From: a virus
Taxonomy: Duplodnaviria > Caudoviricetes
Direction: 5' to 3' (one strand)
Virus record (IMG/VR): IMGVR_UViG_3300047409_000439
Coordinates: 1 to 63,781 of that record
DNA: 63,781 bases
Part shown: piece after piece, positions 8,386 through 16,884 of the stretch
How the letters are laid out: each line of letters opens with the position of its first letter
Numbering within the stretch: the stretch's first letter is position 1
Position numbers and translations under genes: made by a program
Notes under the pieces: model-generated
Told to the model about the DNA's origin: nothing
Seen by the model: only the letters and a program-made list of their open reading frames with translations
Databases searched by the model: none

Positions 8386-9309
8386 ATGACCTTGCATACA
8401 AAGTACCGCCCGGAGAGCTTTCAGGAGGTCGTCGGCCAGGACCTCGTCATTGCCGCGCTGCAAGCGGTCCTCAAGGAGAAGCGCAGCCAGACCTTCCTGT
8501 TCCATGGCCCGTCCGGGACCGGCAAGACGACGCTCGCCCGCCTCTGCGCCCTGGGGCTGGGCTGTGTCCCCGGCCAGTCGATCATCGAATTCGACGCCGC
8601 GACCTATACCGGCATCGACGACATGCGCGAGATCGTCGCGACCAATCTGATGAAGCCGCTCGGCGGCGGCAACCGGGCCATCATCATCGACGAGGCCCAT
8701 AGATTGTCCGCTGCCGCCTGGGCCTCCATGCTGAAGACCCTGGAGGAGCCGCAGCCCTGGCTCTACTGGTTCCTCTGCACGACCGAGCTGGGCAAGGTCC
8801 CGGCCAACATCAAAACCCGCTGCACGGCCTTCGAGCTGCGGCTGGTCGATCAGGATACGCTGTTCGAGCTGCTCAACGGGATCGTCGAGAAAGAACGGCT
8901 GACCATCGAGGACGGCATCCTCGACCTCTGCGCCAGAGAAGCCGGAGGGTCGCCGCGTCAAGCCATCGTCAACCTCGGTATGTGCCTGCACGCGCAAGGC
9001 CGTCAAGACGCTGCCGCGCTGCTCAAATCCGCCGTCGATAGTAGCGAGGTCATCGACCTCTGCCGGGCCTTGGCCAAGCGCGAGCCCTGGCTCCGGGTCA
9101 AACCCATCCTGAGCGATCTGCAAAGCACCAATCCGGAGAGCATCAAGGCCGTCGTCTGCGCCTATATGAGCAAGGTCCTGCTCGGCGCGGCCAACCCGCG
9201 CGACGCCGGGCTGGCGGCGGAGGTTTTATCCGCTTTCATCAGTACACCCTTCTCGCCCGGAAGCGGCTTTGCGCCGGTTCTGGTCGCCTGCGCCAAAGTG
9301 CTTTTATGA
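8386..9309 (+). CDS. Clamp loader (DnaX gamma/tau-like AAA+ ATPase)
   Basis: KYRPESFQEVVGQ, Walker A GPSGTGKTT, Walker B IIDEAH, LKTLEEP; alternative start at 8356. Confidence 0.9.
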   Translation: MTLHTKYRPESFQEVVGQDLVIAALQAVLKEKRSQTFLFHGPSGTGKTTLARLCALGLGCVPGQSIIEFDAATYTGIDDMREIVATNLMKPLGGGNRAIIIDEAHRLSAAAWASMLKTLEEPQPWLYWFLCTTELGKVPANIKTRCTAFELRLVDQDTLFELLNGIVEKERLTIEDGILDLCAREAGGSPRQAIVNLGMCLHAQGRQDAAALLKSAVDSSEVIDLCRALAKREPWLRVKPILSDLQSTNPESIKAVVCAYMSKVLLGAANPRDAGLAAEVLSAFISTPFSPGSGFAPVLVACAKVLL

Positions 9310-9355
9310 CCGCAGTATGTTTAGTCTTGAGACCTAGCAAAGCAAGGAACCTGAA

Positions 9356-9850
9356 ATGCCCATGACGATTGAAGACCTCAGAGAATATGCCGAGATCAGC
9401 AAGTACACGCTCGACGATGACAACATCAAGCAGCTGCAACTGATGCATGACGCAACCCAAAGCTACGCCGTTGCCGAAGAAGCCAGAAGCCTCGCCAAGC
9501 TCGAAGCCGAGGAACTGTATGCCAGACTGGACGCCGAGTTGCGCGCCGGAGCTGCCGAACGCAACGAGAAGATGTCAGAAACCCAGATCAAGATGCAGAT
9601 CGCCTTGAACCCGGAGATGATGGAAGCCGAGCGCCGCTTAATCGCCCGCGAGCGGACCAGGAACGACTGGTCCGGCGCGGTCAAGACCATCGAAGCACGC
9701 GGCTATTCCATGACCAATATGGGCAACCTGTATCAAGCCAACTACTTCAGCCGGGAATCGAGCGGCAAGGCCCGCGAGTACCAGAAGGACGATAGAGCCG
9801 AACGCGCCCGCAGCTTGAGACCGCAACGCCGGGGCTCCTGGGAGAGCTAA
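9356..9850 (+). CDS. Coiled-coil protein, possibly UvsY-like recombination mediator
   Basis: Helical 164-aa protein (KMSETQIKMQI) located before SSB and RecA. Confidence 0.45.
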   Translation: MPMTIEDLREYAEISKYTLDDDNIKQLQLMHDATQSYAVAEEARSLAKLEAEELYARLDAELRAGAAERNEKMSETQIKMQIALNPEMMEAERRLIARERTRNDWSGAVKTIEARGYSMTNMGNLYQANYFSRESSGKAREYQKDDRAERARSLRPQRRGSWES

Positions 9851-9853
9851 AGC

Positions 9854-10027
9854 ATGCTGATCCTATGCATCATCGCCGAGACGATGCTGGTCCTGCTGGG
9901 CTGTGTCTTCGCCCTCGGACTGGCCTATGCACTAGGACGGGCAGCCTCGCTGGGCTGGTATAAATCCAAATTCGAGCACCTTAAAAACATGATGCGACTG
10001 ATCGAAGAAAAGGAACCCAAGGAATGA
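9854..10027 (+). CDS. Small membrane protein (57 aa)
   Basis: ATG at 9854 to TGA overlapping the next ATG; hydrophobic N-terminal half. Confidence 0.5.
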   Translation: MLILCIIAETMLVLLGCVFALGLAYALGRAASLGWYKSKFEHLKNMMRLIEEKEPKE

Positions 10028-11193
10028 GTACAGAGTTTCGTTACCGAGGCCGTGACGTTAAGGACGTACGGGAGCGGGCCGAACAGCAAGGCGGCTCCTT
10101 CGACCGCTATACCGATTCGGCCATTCCCATGTTAAGGGTCGGCAAATCGCATACGCTTCGCATCCTGCCGCCCGCCTATGACATCGACATCGATAGATGG
10201 GGTAAGAACTGGAGCATTCCGATTTACGTCCATTACAATATCGGGCCGGATAAAGGCACGTATCTCTGCCTGCAACGCATGGAGCAGGGCGATTGCCCGA
10301 TCTGCGAGGCCCGCGCGGAGCAGAATTTGCAGGAAGGCGAGCCCGATCCCTTGAAGCCGACGCTGCGCTATCTCTGCTTCGTCATCGACCGGGACAACGA
10401 GCGCGAAGGGCCGATGCTCTGGGCGCTGCCTTGGACCATCGAGCGCGAGATTCAATCCTTGTCCCTCGACGGCAAGGAGGGCCTGCTGCCCATCGATCAT
10501 CCCGATGACGGCTATGACATCAGCTTCAGCCGCGAGGGCAAGGGCATCCAAACCAAATGGGTCGGGGTCAAGATCGCCCGGCGTTCTTCTCCGATCAGCG
10601 ACAACCCCAAGACGCAGAAGGCATGGCTCGCCTTTATCGAGGAGAACCCGCTGCCGGACACGTTGCATTTCGAAGACTATAAATATCTCGATAAGGTGTA
10701 TCGTGCCAAGACCCCAAAGAAAGACGAAGACCGCCGCCGCGCACAGAACGGCGACGACGATGACGACAGACCGGCACGGCGCGAACGCGCTGACCGCGAT
10801 GACGACGCGAGACCCGCTGCAAGAGCGGGCCGGGACGATGCTGACGAAAGGCGTGATCGTCATCCGCCTGAACGCGCTGGACGATATTCCGCTGATGCGG
10901 AAGCTGAGGATATTCCGGAGAACGTACATCGACGCTCTGGAAGCAAGGCTGAAGCGGACGCTGACGTTAAGCCAGCTCGCCGCCGGGGCAGAGAAGCAGC
11001 GGAAGAAGACGAAGCCGACGAAGCCGATCCTGCTCCTGAAGCAAAGACCCGTTCGGAGGCGGCACGCGAGCGGGTCAACAAGCTGAAATCCGGCGCGGAC
11101 AAGAACGGCAAGGCGGATGACGCCAAGGCCGAGCCGCGCGAGCGGCCCCGCCGCCGGGCGCGGGACGAGGACGAGGACGAAATCCCGTATTAG
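10024..11193 (+). CDS. ssDNA-binding protein, T4 gp32-like
   Basis: LRILPP, YVH, CL...CPICE, GYDISFSREG; acidic tail ending DEDEIPY. Confidence 0.8.
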   Translation: MSTEFRYRGRDVKDVRERAEQQGGSFDRYTDSAIPMLRVGKSHTLRILPPAYDIDIDRWGKNWSIPIYVHYNIGPDKGTYLCLQRMEQGDCPICEARAEQNLQEGEPDPLKPTLRYLCFVIDRDNEREGPMLWALPWTIEREIQSLSLDGKEGLLPIDHPDDGYDISFSREGKGIQTKWVGVKIARRSSPISDNPKTQKAWLAFIEENPLPDTLHFEDYKYLDKVYRAKTPKKDEDRRRAQNGDDDDDRPARRERADRDDDARPAARAGRDDADERRDRHPPERAGRYSADAEAEDIPENVHRRSGSKAEADADVKPARRRGREAAEEDEADEADPAPEAKTRSEAARERVNKLKSGADKNGKADDAKAEPRERPRRRARDEDEDEIPY

Positions 11194-11201
11194 GATAGGC
11201 C

Positions 11202-12206
11202 ATGCGGCCCGTACGCAAAACCAAGGGGGGCGGCAAACCGCCGCCCTCCGAGGACATCGCCTTTGTCAGCAGCGGCTGTACCGTGCTCGATCTGATGCTC
11301 GGGGGCGGCTGGCCGCTGGGCCGTATCTTCAACATCGTCGGCGACAAGAGCACGGGAAAGACTTTGCTCGCCATCGAAGCCTGCGCCAATTTCAACCGCA
11401 AATATCCAACCGGACGCATGTGCTACAGGGAAGCCGAGGCGGCCTTCGATCAGCAATACGCCGCTTCCATCGGCATGCCGGTCAAACGCATCTCCTTCGT
11501 CGGCGACCGGCCTTTCGACACCATCGAGGATTTCTACGAGGACCTCAACGAGCAATGCGATATTGCCCTGAGCAAGCGGACGCCGGGGCTGTACATCCTC
11601 GACAGCCTGGATGCCTTGACGGACGAGAGCGAACAAAAGCGCGAGTTCGACGCGGCCTCTTATGGCGGCGGCAAATCGAAGAAGCTGTCGGAGCTGTTCC
11701 GGCGTTCGGTGCGCAAGATCGAGCAGGCCCATATCGCGGTCGGCATCATCTCCCAGGTGCGGGCCAATATCGGCGTCGCCTTCGGGCGCAAGACGACGCG
11801 CAGCGGCGGCAAGGCGCTGGATTTCTACTCCTCGCAGACCATATATGTTTCCCATGTCGAAACTCTGTACCGCATCGTGATGGGCGACCGCATGGCCTAC
11901 GGGGTCCGCATCCGGGTCAAATGCGACAAGAACAAAGTCGCGCCCGCGTTCAGAGAATGCGAGTTTCCGATCTATTTCGGATATGGTATCGAGGACCTGA
12001 TCGCCAGCACGGAGTTTCTCATCAGTACGGCCCGGACCAAGGCCGCCGACCTCTCGGAAAGCGACGCCAAGAAGCTGATCAAAAGCTGTACGACGATGCG
12101 AAACGAGGACTATAACAAGCATCTCGCCGTCATCAATGCGGCGGTGCGTTCGGTCTGGCACGAGCGCGAAGCCGCCATGAAACCGTCAAGGAGTAAATAC
12201 ACATGA
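11202..12206 (+). CDS. recA: RecA/UvsX-like recombinase
   Basis: LDLMLGGGWPLGRI, GDKSTGKT, LDSLDAL, SGGKALDFYSS, KNKVAP. Confidence 0.93.
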   Translation: MRPVRKTKGGGKPPPSEDIAFVSSGCTVLDLMLGGGWPLGRIFNIVGDKSTGKTLLAIEACANFNRKYPTGRMCYREAEAAFDQQYAASIGMPVKRISFVGDRPFDTIEDFYEDLNEQCDIALSKRTPGLYILDSLDALTDESEQKREFDAASYGGGKSKKLSELFRRSVRKIEQAHIAVGIISQVRANIGVAFGRKTTRSGGKALDFYSSQTIYVSHVETLYRIVMGDRMAYGVRIRVKCDKNKVAPAFRECEFPIYFGYGIEDLIASTEFLISTARTKAADLSESDAKKLIKSCTTMRNEDYNKHLAVINAAVRSVWHEREAAMKPSRSKYT

Positions 12207-12568
12207 AAGGCAGACCCGGAATTCCCAAGCGCGCGACGCTGCATCCCATCCTGGTGCGGCTGTTCGAGGAGGCGAGCAAGCAAGGCATCACGCTGCAAGA
12301 CATCGCCGCCGAGACCGGCATGGCTCGCGAGACGCTGGGCCATTGGAAACAGCGGCGGCGCGAACCGGCCCTGATCGCGGTCGAGCAGGCCCTCAACGCC
12401 GTCGGCCTGCGCTTGGCGCTGGAGCCGCTGGCGCAGCCCAAGCCGCGTCCTGTCCATGTCCGCAAGCCCAACGCCTCGAAAGGCGAGCTGCGGCTCAAGG
12501 CAGGCCGTCCGCAGCGCAATCCGCTGGGCCAAATGCAGCAGCGCTTCCGCGAAGGCTTGCATAGCTGA
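12203..12568 (+). CDS. XRE-family HTH protein
   Basis: TLQDIAAETGMARETLGHWKQRRREP. Confidence 0.75.
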   Translation: MKGRPGIPKRATLHPILVRLFEEASKQGITLQDIAAETGMARETLGHWKQRRREPALIAVEQALNAVGLRLALEPLAQPKPRPVHVRKPNASKGELRLKAGRPQRNPLGQMQQRFREGLHS

Positions 12569-13104
12569 TGAAACGAGGCGGGGGGAATGCCAAGGGCAGC
12601 GCCTTCGAGCGCTGGACCTGCGAGAAACTGTCCCGCCTCGTCGATCCCGAAGGCAAGGAAACGCATTTCTGGCGCACGAGCATGTCCGGCGGGCGTTCGA
12701 CGCTGCAACGCCGCAAGGGGGTCAAGAACGAGGCCCAGCTCGGCGACATCGCTTGCATCACGAAGCATAAGCAGGCGCAGCATCTGACCAAGCTGTTCCT
12801 GATCGAGTGCAAGCATCTCAAACGCCTCGATCTGGAAGGCTCGCTGCTCAAGGGACGCGGCAGGCTGCATCGCTTCTGGGCGAAACTCGCCGAGGAAGCG
12901 GAGGCGACCGACCGGCATCCGCTGCTGATCGCCAAGCAGAACAATTTCGGCACGCTGCTGTTGAGCAGCCATATGGGCTTTACGATGCTGCGGCGGCTGT
13001 ATCCGGTCACCTACTTTCTGACGACGCTGGCCCTGGCTGACGAACAGACCATCCGCGTGTCCTGGTTTCATGATCTGTGCAAGACGGAGGACGACGATCC
13101 ATGA
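12568..13104 (+). CDS. Holliday junction resolvase (PD-(D/E)xK, Hjc-like)
   Basis: KGSAFER, GDI and IECK motifs. Confidence 0.8.
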   Translation: MKRGGGNAKGSAFERWTCEKLSRLVDPEGKETHFWRTSMSGGRSTLQRRKGVKNEAQLGDIACITKHKQAQHLTKLFLIECKHLKRLDLEGSLLKGRGRLHRFWAKLAEEAEATDRHPLLIAKQNNFGTLLLSSHMGFTMLRRLYPVTYFLTTLALADEQTIRVSWFHDLCKTEDDDP

Positions 13105-14084
13105 CCCTGCTGCTTTGTGCCGATCTGCATCTGACCAGCAAGCCGCGCGACGAGGACCGCTGGAAGCTGTTCCCCTGGCTCTGCCAGCAGATGCGGGAGA
13201 AACGCATCGACGACATTGCGATCCTGGGCGATTTGACCGACGCCAAGGACCGCCATGACAGCATCCTCGTCAACCGCCTCGTCGCCAATCTCAAGACCCT
13301 TGCCAAGGTCGGGCGCGTGTTCATTCTCAGAGGCAATCATGACTTCATCGACGAGCAGCATCCCTTCTTCCGCTTCCTGCATCGCCCGCCCGACATCAAT
13401 TACATCAACACGCCGACGCTGCATTTCTTTCACGATTTCTCTGCGCTCTTTATCCCATGCACGCGGGACGGAGAGTTGTTCAAGAGACAAGCCCAAGAGA
13501 CCAAACAACCGGAGTACATCCTGACCCATCAAACCTATGACGGCTGTCTCTCGGAGAACGGAACGAAGTTGAACGGCATTCCTCCATCCGTCTTCAAAGA
13601 TTATCCGGGCCGGGTTTGGTCGGGCGACATCCATACGCCGCAAAAGGTCGGCAAGAAGATCGAGTATGTCGGAGCGCCGTATCCGATCAAATTCGGCGAT
13701 TTGTACAAACCGCGCTGTGTCCTTCTATCCGCAACCGGGAGCGAGGACCTGCATTTCCCGTTTCAACAGAAACTGCTTGTAGAAATTGGTTCGGGAGAGA
13801 TGCTACCGCTGCTGCCGGAGGGGGCGCAGATCAAGCTCCGCGTGCATCTGCGGCGGCGCGATCTGGCGGACTGGCGAAGCCTGCGGGCAGGGCTCCAGGA
13901 GCAAGCGCTGGCGGCCAAGCTCGACCTCGTGAGTATCGAGCCAGCCTGGACCCCCGAGCGGGCTGTACGGGCTTCTGAGGAGGTCCTGCAAACACAATCC
14001 AAGGTTGAAATCGTTAAGGACTACGCGCAGCGCAAGAAGCTCGACAAAGCCCTGACGGCCTACGGCGTAAGCCTGCTGTCATGA
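13101..14084 (+). CDS. Mre11/SbcD-like metallophosphoesterase nuclease
   Basis: ADLH, LGDLTD, GNHD, THQ, GDIH motifs. Confidence 0.9.
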   Translation: MTLLLCADLHLTSKPRDEDRWKLFPWLCQQMREKRIDDIAILGDLTDAKDRHDSILVNRLVANLKTLAKVGRVFILRGNHDFIDEQHPFFRFLHRPPDINYINTPTLHFFHDFSALFIPCTRDGELFKRQAQETKQPEYILTHQTYDGCLSENGTKLNGIPPSVFKDYPGRVWSGDIHTPQKVGKKIEYVGAPYPIKFGDLYKPRCVLLSATGSEDLHFPFQQKLLVEIGSGEMLPLLPEGAQIKLRVHLRRRDLADWRSLRAGLQEQALAAKLDLVSIEPAWTPERAVRASEEVLQTQSKVEIVKDYAQRKKLDKALTAYGVSLLS

Positions 14085-15847
14085 AACTGTGCTTTGAAAG
14101 CCTGCATCTCACCAACTTCAAGTCCTTCAGCGGCAAACACGTTTTCCCTCTCGATAGAGGTCCGGCGCTGGTCTATGTCGCCGGGCAGAACGAGAGCGAT
14201 CCTGAGCTGGGAGCCAACGGCGTCGGCAAAAGCACGCTGTTCGATGCCCTGCTTTGGGTCCTCTACGGCAAGACCGGCAGGGACAACCGGCCTGGAGCCT
14301 CGGTCGAACCCTGGGACGGCGAGCCTGCAACGAAAGTGTCATTACATCTGGTCGTCCAAGACGATGCCGTGACCATTACGAGATCGCGCAATCCGAACGC
14401 CTTGACGGTGCAATACCTCGACGCGGCGAAGACGACGGTCACGCAAGACGAGATCGACAGCATCTTGGGCATGACGGAGAGCATGTTCCGCTGCGCCGTC
14501 GTCCTGTCACAATTCGGCTCGCTGTTTCTCGATCTGAAAAGCGAAGCGCAATCGCAGATGTTCACCGATGCACTCAACCTCGATCAATGGCTGGAGGCAA
14601 GCAAGCGCGCGGGCGAGCGCAAGAAGACCTTGGCACAAGCGCTGAACGCCTTGACGCTCGGGCTCGCCAAGGCGGAAGGCCGTCTGGAAGAACTCAAGGC
14701 GCAGATGCAGCAGGAACGCCTCGCCGCCAAGGATTTCGACCGGGATTTACTGGAGCGCGTCGCCGCGCAGAAATATCTGCTTCAGACGACGGTCGAGGAG
14801 TTGCGCAGCCTGCCCGACGCCGCGACCGGGATCAAGCAGCTGGAAAAAGAGCTGCTGATTCTGGTCCAGGACCGCGCCAAGGTCGAGGCGCAATATCATG
14901 CCGCCCAAAAAGACATCACCAAACTGACGGCGACCCTGACGCAATACCGCAAGGCCTCGAAAGCCGAAAAACCGCTCTGTCCGGAATGCGGTCAAAGCGT
15001 CAGCGCGGACCATCTCGACCGCAAGCTCGAACTCCTGCAAAAAGAGTATACTCAAACCGTCGCGACCAAGGACAAGCTGTATAAGACGCTAGGTCCCTTG
15101 GACGAGCGCGTGCAGAAGCGGCGCAGCGAGATCAACCGTCAGCAGATCACCTTGAACAAGATGCTGGTCTTGCAGACGGACATCAAAGCTCAGAAAACCG
15201 TATTGGAGGACCTGACCCGGCAGGTCAACACGCATCGCCAGAAAGCCGAAACGCTGAAGGCCGCATTCACCAAGCTGTACAAACAGGTTGCCGGGGACAA
15301 GGCGGAGATCGCCGAACAGACCAAGGCGTTAGGCATGGCGGAGTATTGGGCCGGAGCCTTCAAGGAAATCCGGCTGGAGCTGATCGACGCGGTCTTGACG
15401 GAGTTGAGCCTCGCCGCGACCCAACACGCCGAAGCCTTGGGCCTGTCCGGCTGGCGCATCGCCTTCGCGACCGAGCGCGAGACCAAAAGCGGGTCGCTTT
15501 CCGCCGTGTTCAACGTGCTGCTCTATCCCGATCAGGACGAGCCTATCCGCTTCGAGGCGTATTCGGGGGGAGAGAGCCAGCGGCTTCAACTTGCCATTGC
15601 CTTCGGGCTGTCGGAGATCGTGCTGGCGCGGGCGGGGGTAACAGTCAATCTCGCGGCCTTCGACGAGCCGACAAGGGGCTTGTCGGCGGAAGGGGTCGAG
15701 GCCTTGCTGGAGCATCTGGCGGACCGCGCCAAGACGCTGAAGCAAACGGTTTATGTCATTGAACATCATAGCCTGGAGCGCGGCGCGTTCGATCAGACCC
15801 TGCTCGTACGCAAGACGGCGGCAGGTTCGCAGCTCAAGGAGATTTAG
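14081..15847 (+). CDS. Rad50/SbcC-like ATPase
   Basis: NFKSF, GANGVGKST, CPEC zinc hook, YSGGE, FDEP. Confidence 0.92.
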   Translation: MKLCFESLHLTNFKSFSGKHVFPLDRGPALVYVAGQNESDPELGANGVGKSTLFDALLWVLYGKTGRDNRPGASVEPWDGEPATKVSLHLVVQDDAVTITRSRNPNALTVQYLDAAKTTVTQDEIDSILGMTESMFRCAVVLSQFGSLFLDLKSEAQSQMFTDALNLDQWLEASKRAGERKKTLAQALNALTLGLAKAEGRLEELKAQMQQERLAAKDFDRDLLERVAAQKYLLQTTVEELRSLPDAATGIKQLEKELLILVQDRAKVEAQYHAAQKDITKLTATLTQYRKASKAEKPLCPECGQSVSADHLDRKLELLQKEYTQTVATKDKLYKTLGPLDERVQKRRSEINRQQITLNKMLVLQTDIKAQKTVLEDLTRQVNTHRQKAETLKAAFTKLYKQVAGDKAEIAEQTKALGMAEYWAGAFKEIRLELIDAVLTELSLAATQHAEALGLSGWRIAFATERETKSGSLSAVFNVLLYPDQDEPIRFEAYSGGESQRLQLAIAFGLSEIVLARAGVTVNLAAFDEPTRGLSAEGVEALLEHLADRAKTLKQTVYVIEHHSLERGAFDQTLLVRKTAAGSQLKEI

Positions 15848-16073
15848 GTTTCTTCTTCGGCTTCTTGTGCATGGCCAGAACGTCGCGGCGCTCGTCCGGC
15901 GTGTTGATGCTCATCTGGACGTTGCAATGCTTGGGCCAGCCTTCGCGCATGCAGACGATGCTGTTGACGGCTTCGCTATGGCCGCAGATATGACAATATA
16001 CGCGATTGCGCCGGAGCTTGGGATTGGCGGCAACGATACCGGCAAGAATACGCAGGCTTTCTTCGTGATCCAT
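15834..16073 (-). CDS. Small Cys/His (putative Zn-binding) protein
   Basis: MDHEE start; CHIC...GWPKHC. Confidence 0.55.
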   Translation of the reverse strand: MDHEESLRILAGIVAANPKLRRNRVYCHICGHSEAVNSIVCMREGWPKHCNVQMSINTPDERRDVLAMHKKPKKKPKSP

Positions 16074-16081
16074 GACAACTT

Positions 16082-16225
16082 CCGGAAAATAAGGCACGGA
16101 CGGGGTCTGCTCCGAGCGAGGGGTCCGGGGGGACGACCCGCTATCCAACCCCATCCGTGTTCCATGCCGCAACTCACAGCCAACGGAGAGAAGCCTGCAA
16201 GCGCGGCGACAGAACCTTATTTCGG
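16082..16225 (-). ncRNA. Candidate structured intergenic RNA
   Basis: Nested stems on the minus strand: GAAATAAGG/CCTTATTTT, CACGGATGGGGT/ACCCCGTCCGTG, GGGTC/GACCC, GCCGC/GCGGC. Confidence 0.35.
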
Positions 16226-16597
16226 TGTCGGCAAATCAACGACTACATGACGTTCTCCGTAGCCCGAGATATAGACCATGACCAGGGCTTTGTGAGTCGG
16301 AGTCCCCGGAGGGAGCGGAGGCCAAACCGTGTCTGGCGGCGGGTCCGGAGGGACGATGGGAGGATTTACCCCCGGCGGCCAGCCTTGTCCAGGGGGGAGC
16401 GCAATCGGATGGCTGGGACGCCCAGGACCGCCCGGCAAGCCTTGGTCAGGATGGCCGGGCTGGCCCGGCAAACCATGAGATGGATGGCCGCCGCCGGGAA
16501 GCGGCTGGCCGGAGGGATACGTCGGCGGGTAGGAGGGCAATTGACCGGGAAGCCCTCCCGCCAATTCGCCCAACGGTACGAGCAACACGACTTGCAT
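16217..16597 (-). CDS. Proline/glycine-rich repeat protein
   Basis: AGGAG RBS; PSHGLPG, PDQGLPG, PSHPIALP repeats. Confidence 0.65.
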   Translation of the reverse strand: MQVVLLVPLGELAGGLPGQLPSYPPTYPSGQPLPGGGHPSHGLPGQPGHPDQGLPGGPGRPSHPIALPPGQGWPPGVNPPIVPPDPPPDTVWPPLPPGTPTHKALVMVYISGYGERHVVVDLPTPK

Positions 16598-16632
16598 ATG
16601 CAGTCTCCTTCTTGGTTGAACCCCTACCCTCT

Positions 16633-16875
16633 TTAACGCCGGACTGTGAACAATCCGGAACAGGTCAATAGATCAAATACGAAATAGATGACGGCGATGG
16701 CGACGACGGCCCAGACGATGATCTGGAGAATGCGCAGGATCATGCCGCCATCGGGAGGCGAGCCGAACTGCGCCAGCAGCCAAGGCACGACCAGATTGAC
16801 GATGGCGACGAGCGCAACGACGAGAACGAGCCAGATCAGGAATTGTTGCAGCAAAGCGGGGGTGAAGCAAGCCAT
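16633..16875 (-). CDS. Two-TM membrane protein (holin candidate)
   Basis: Two long hydrophobic helices and a basic C-terminus; at the end of the late operon. Confidence 0.55.
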   Translation of the reverse strand: MACFTPALLQQFLIWLVLVVALVAIVNLVVPWLLAQFGSPPDGGMILRILQIIVWAVVAIAVIYFVFDLLTCSGLFTVRR

Positions 16876-16884
16876 GGGAGTACC

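Noticed and set aside
8286-8702. 138-aa ORF overlapping the tRNA
   Set aside because: Overlaps the tRNA and the clamp loader in another frame; shadow ORF
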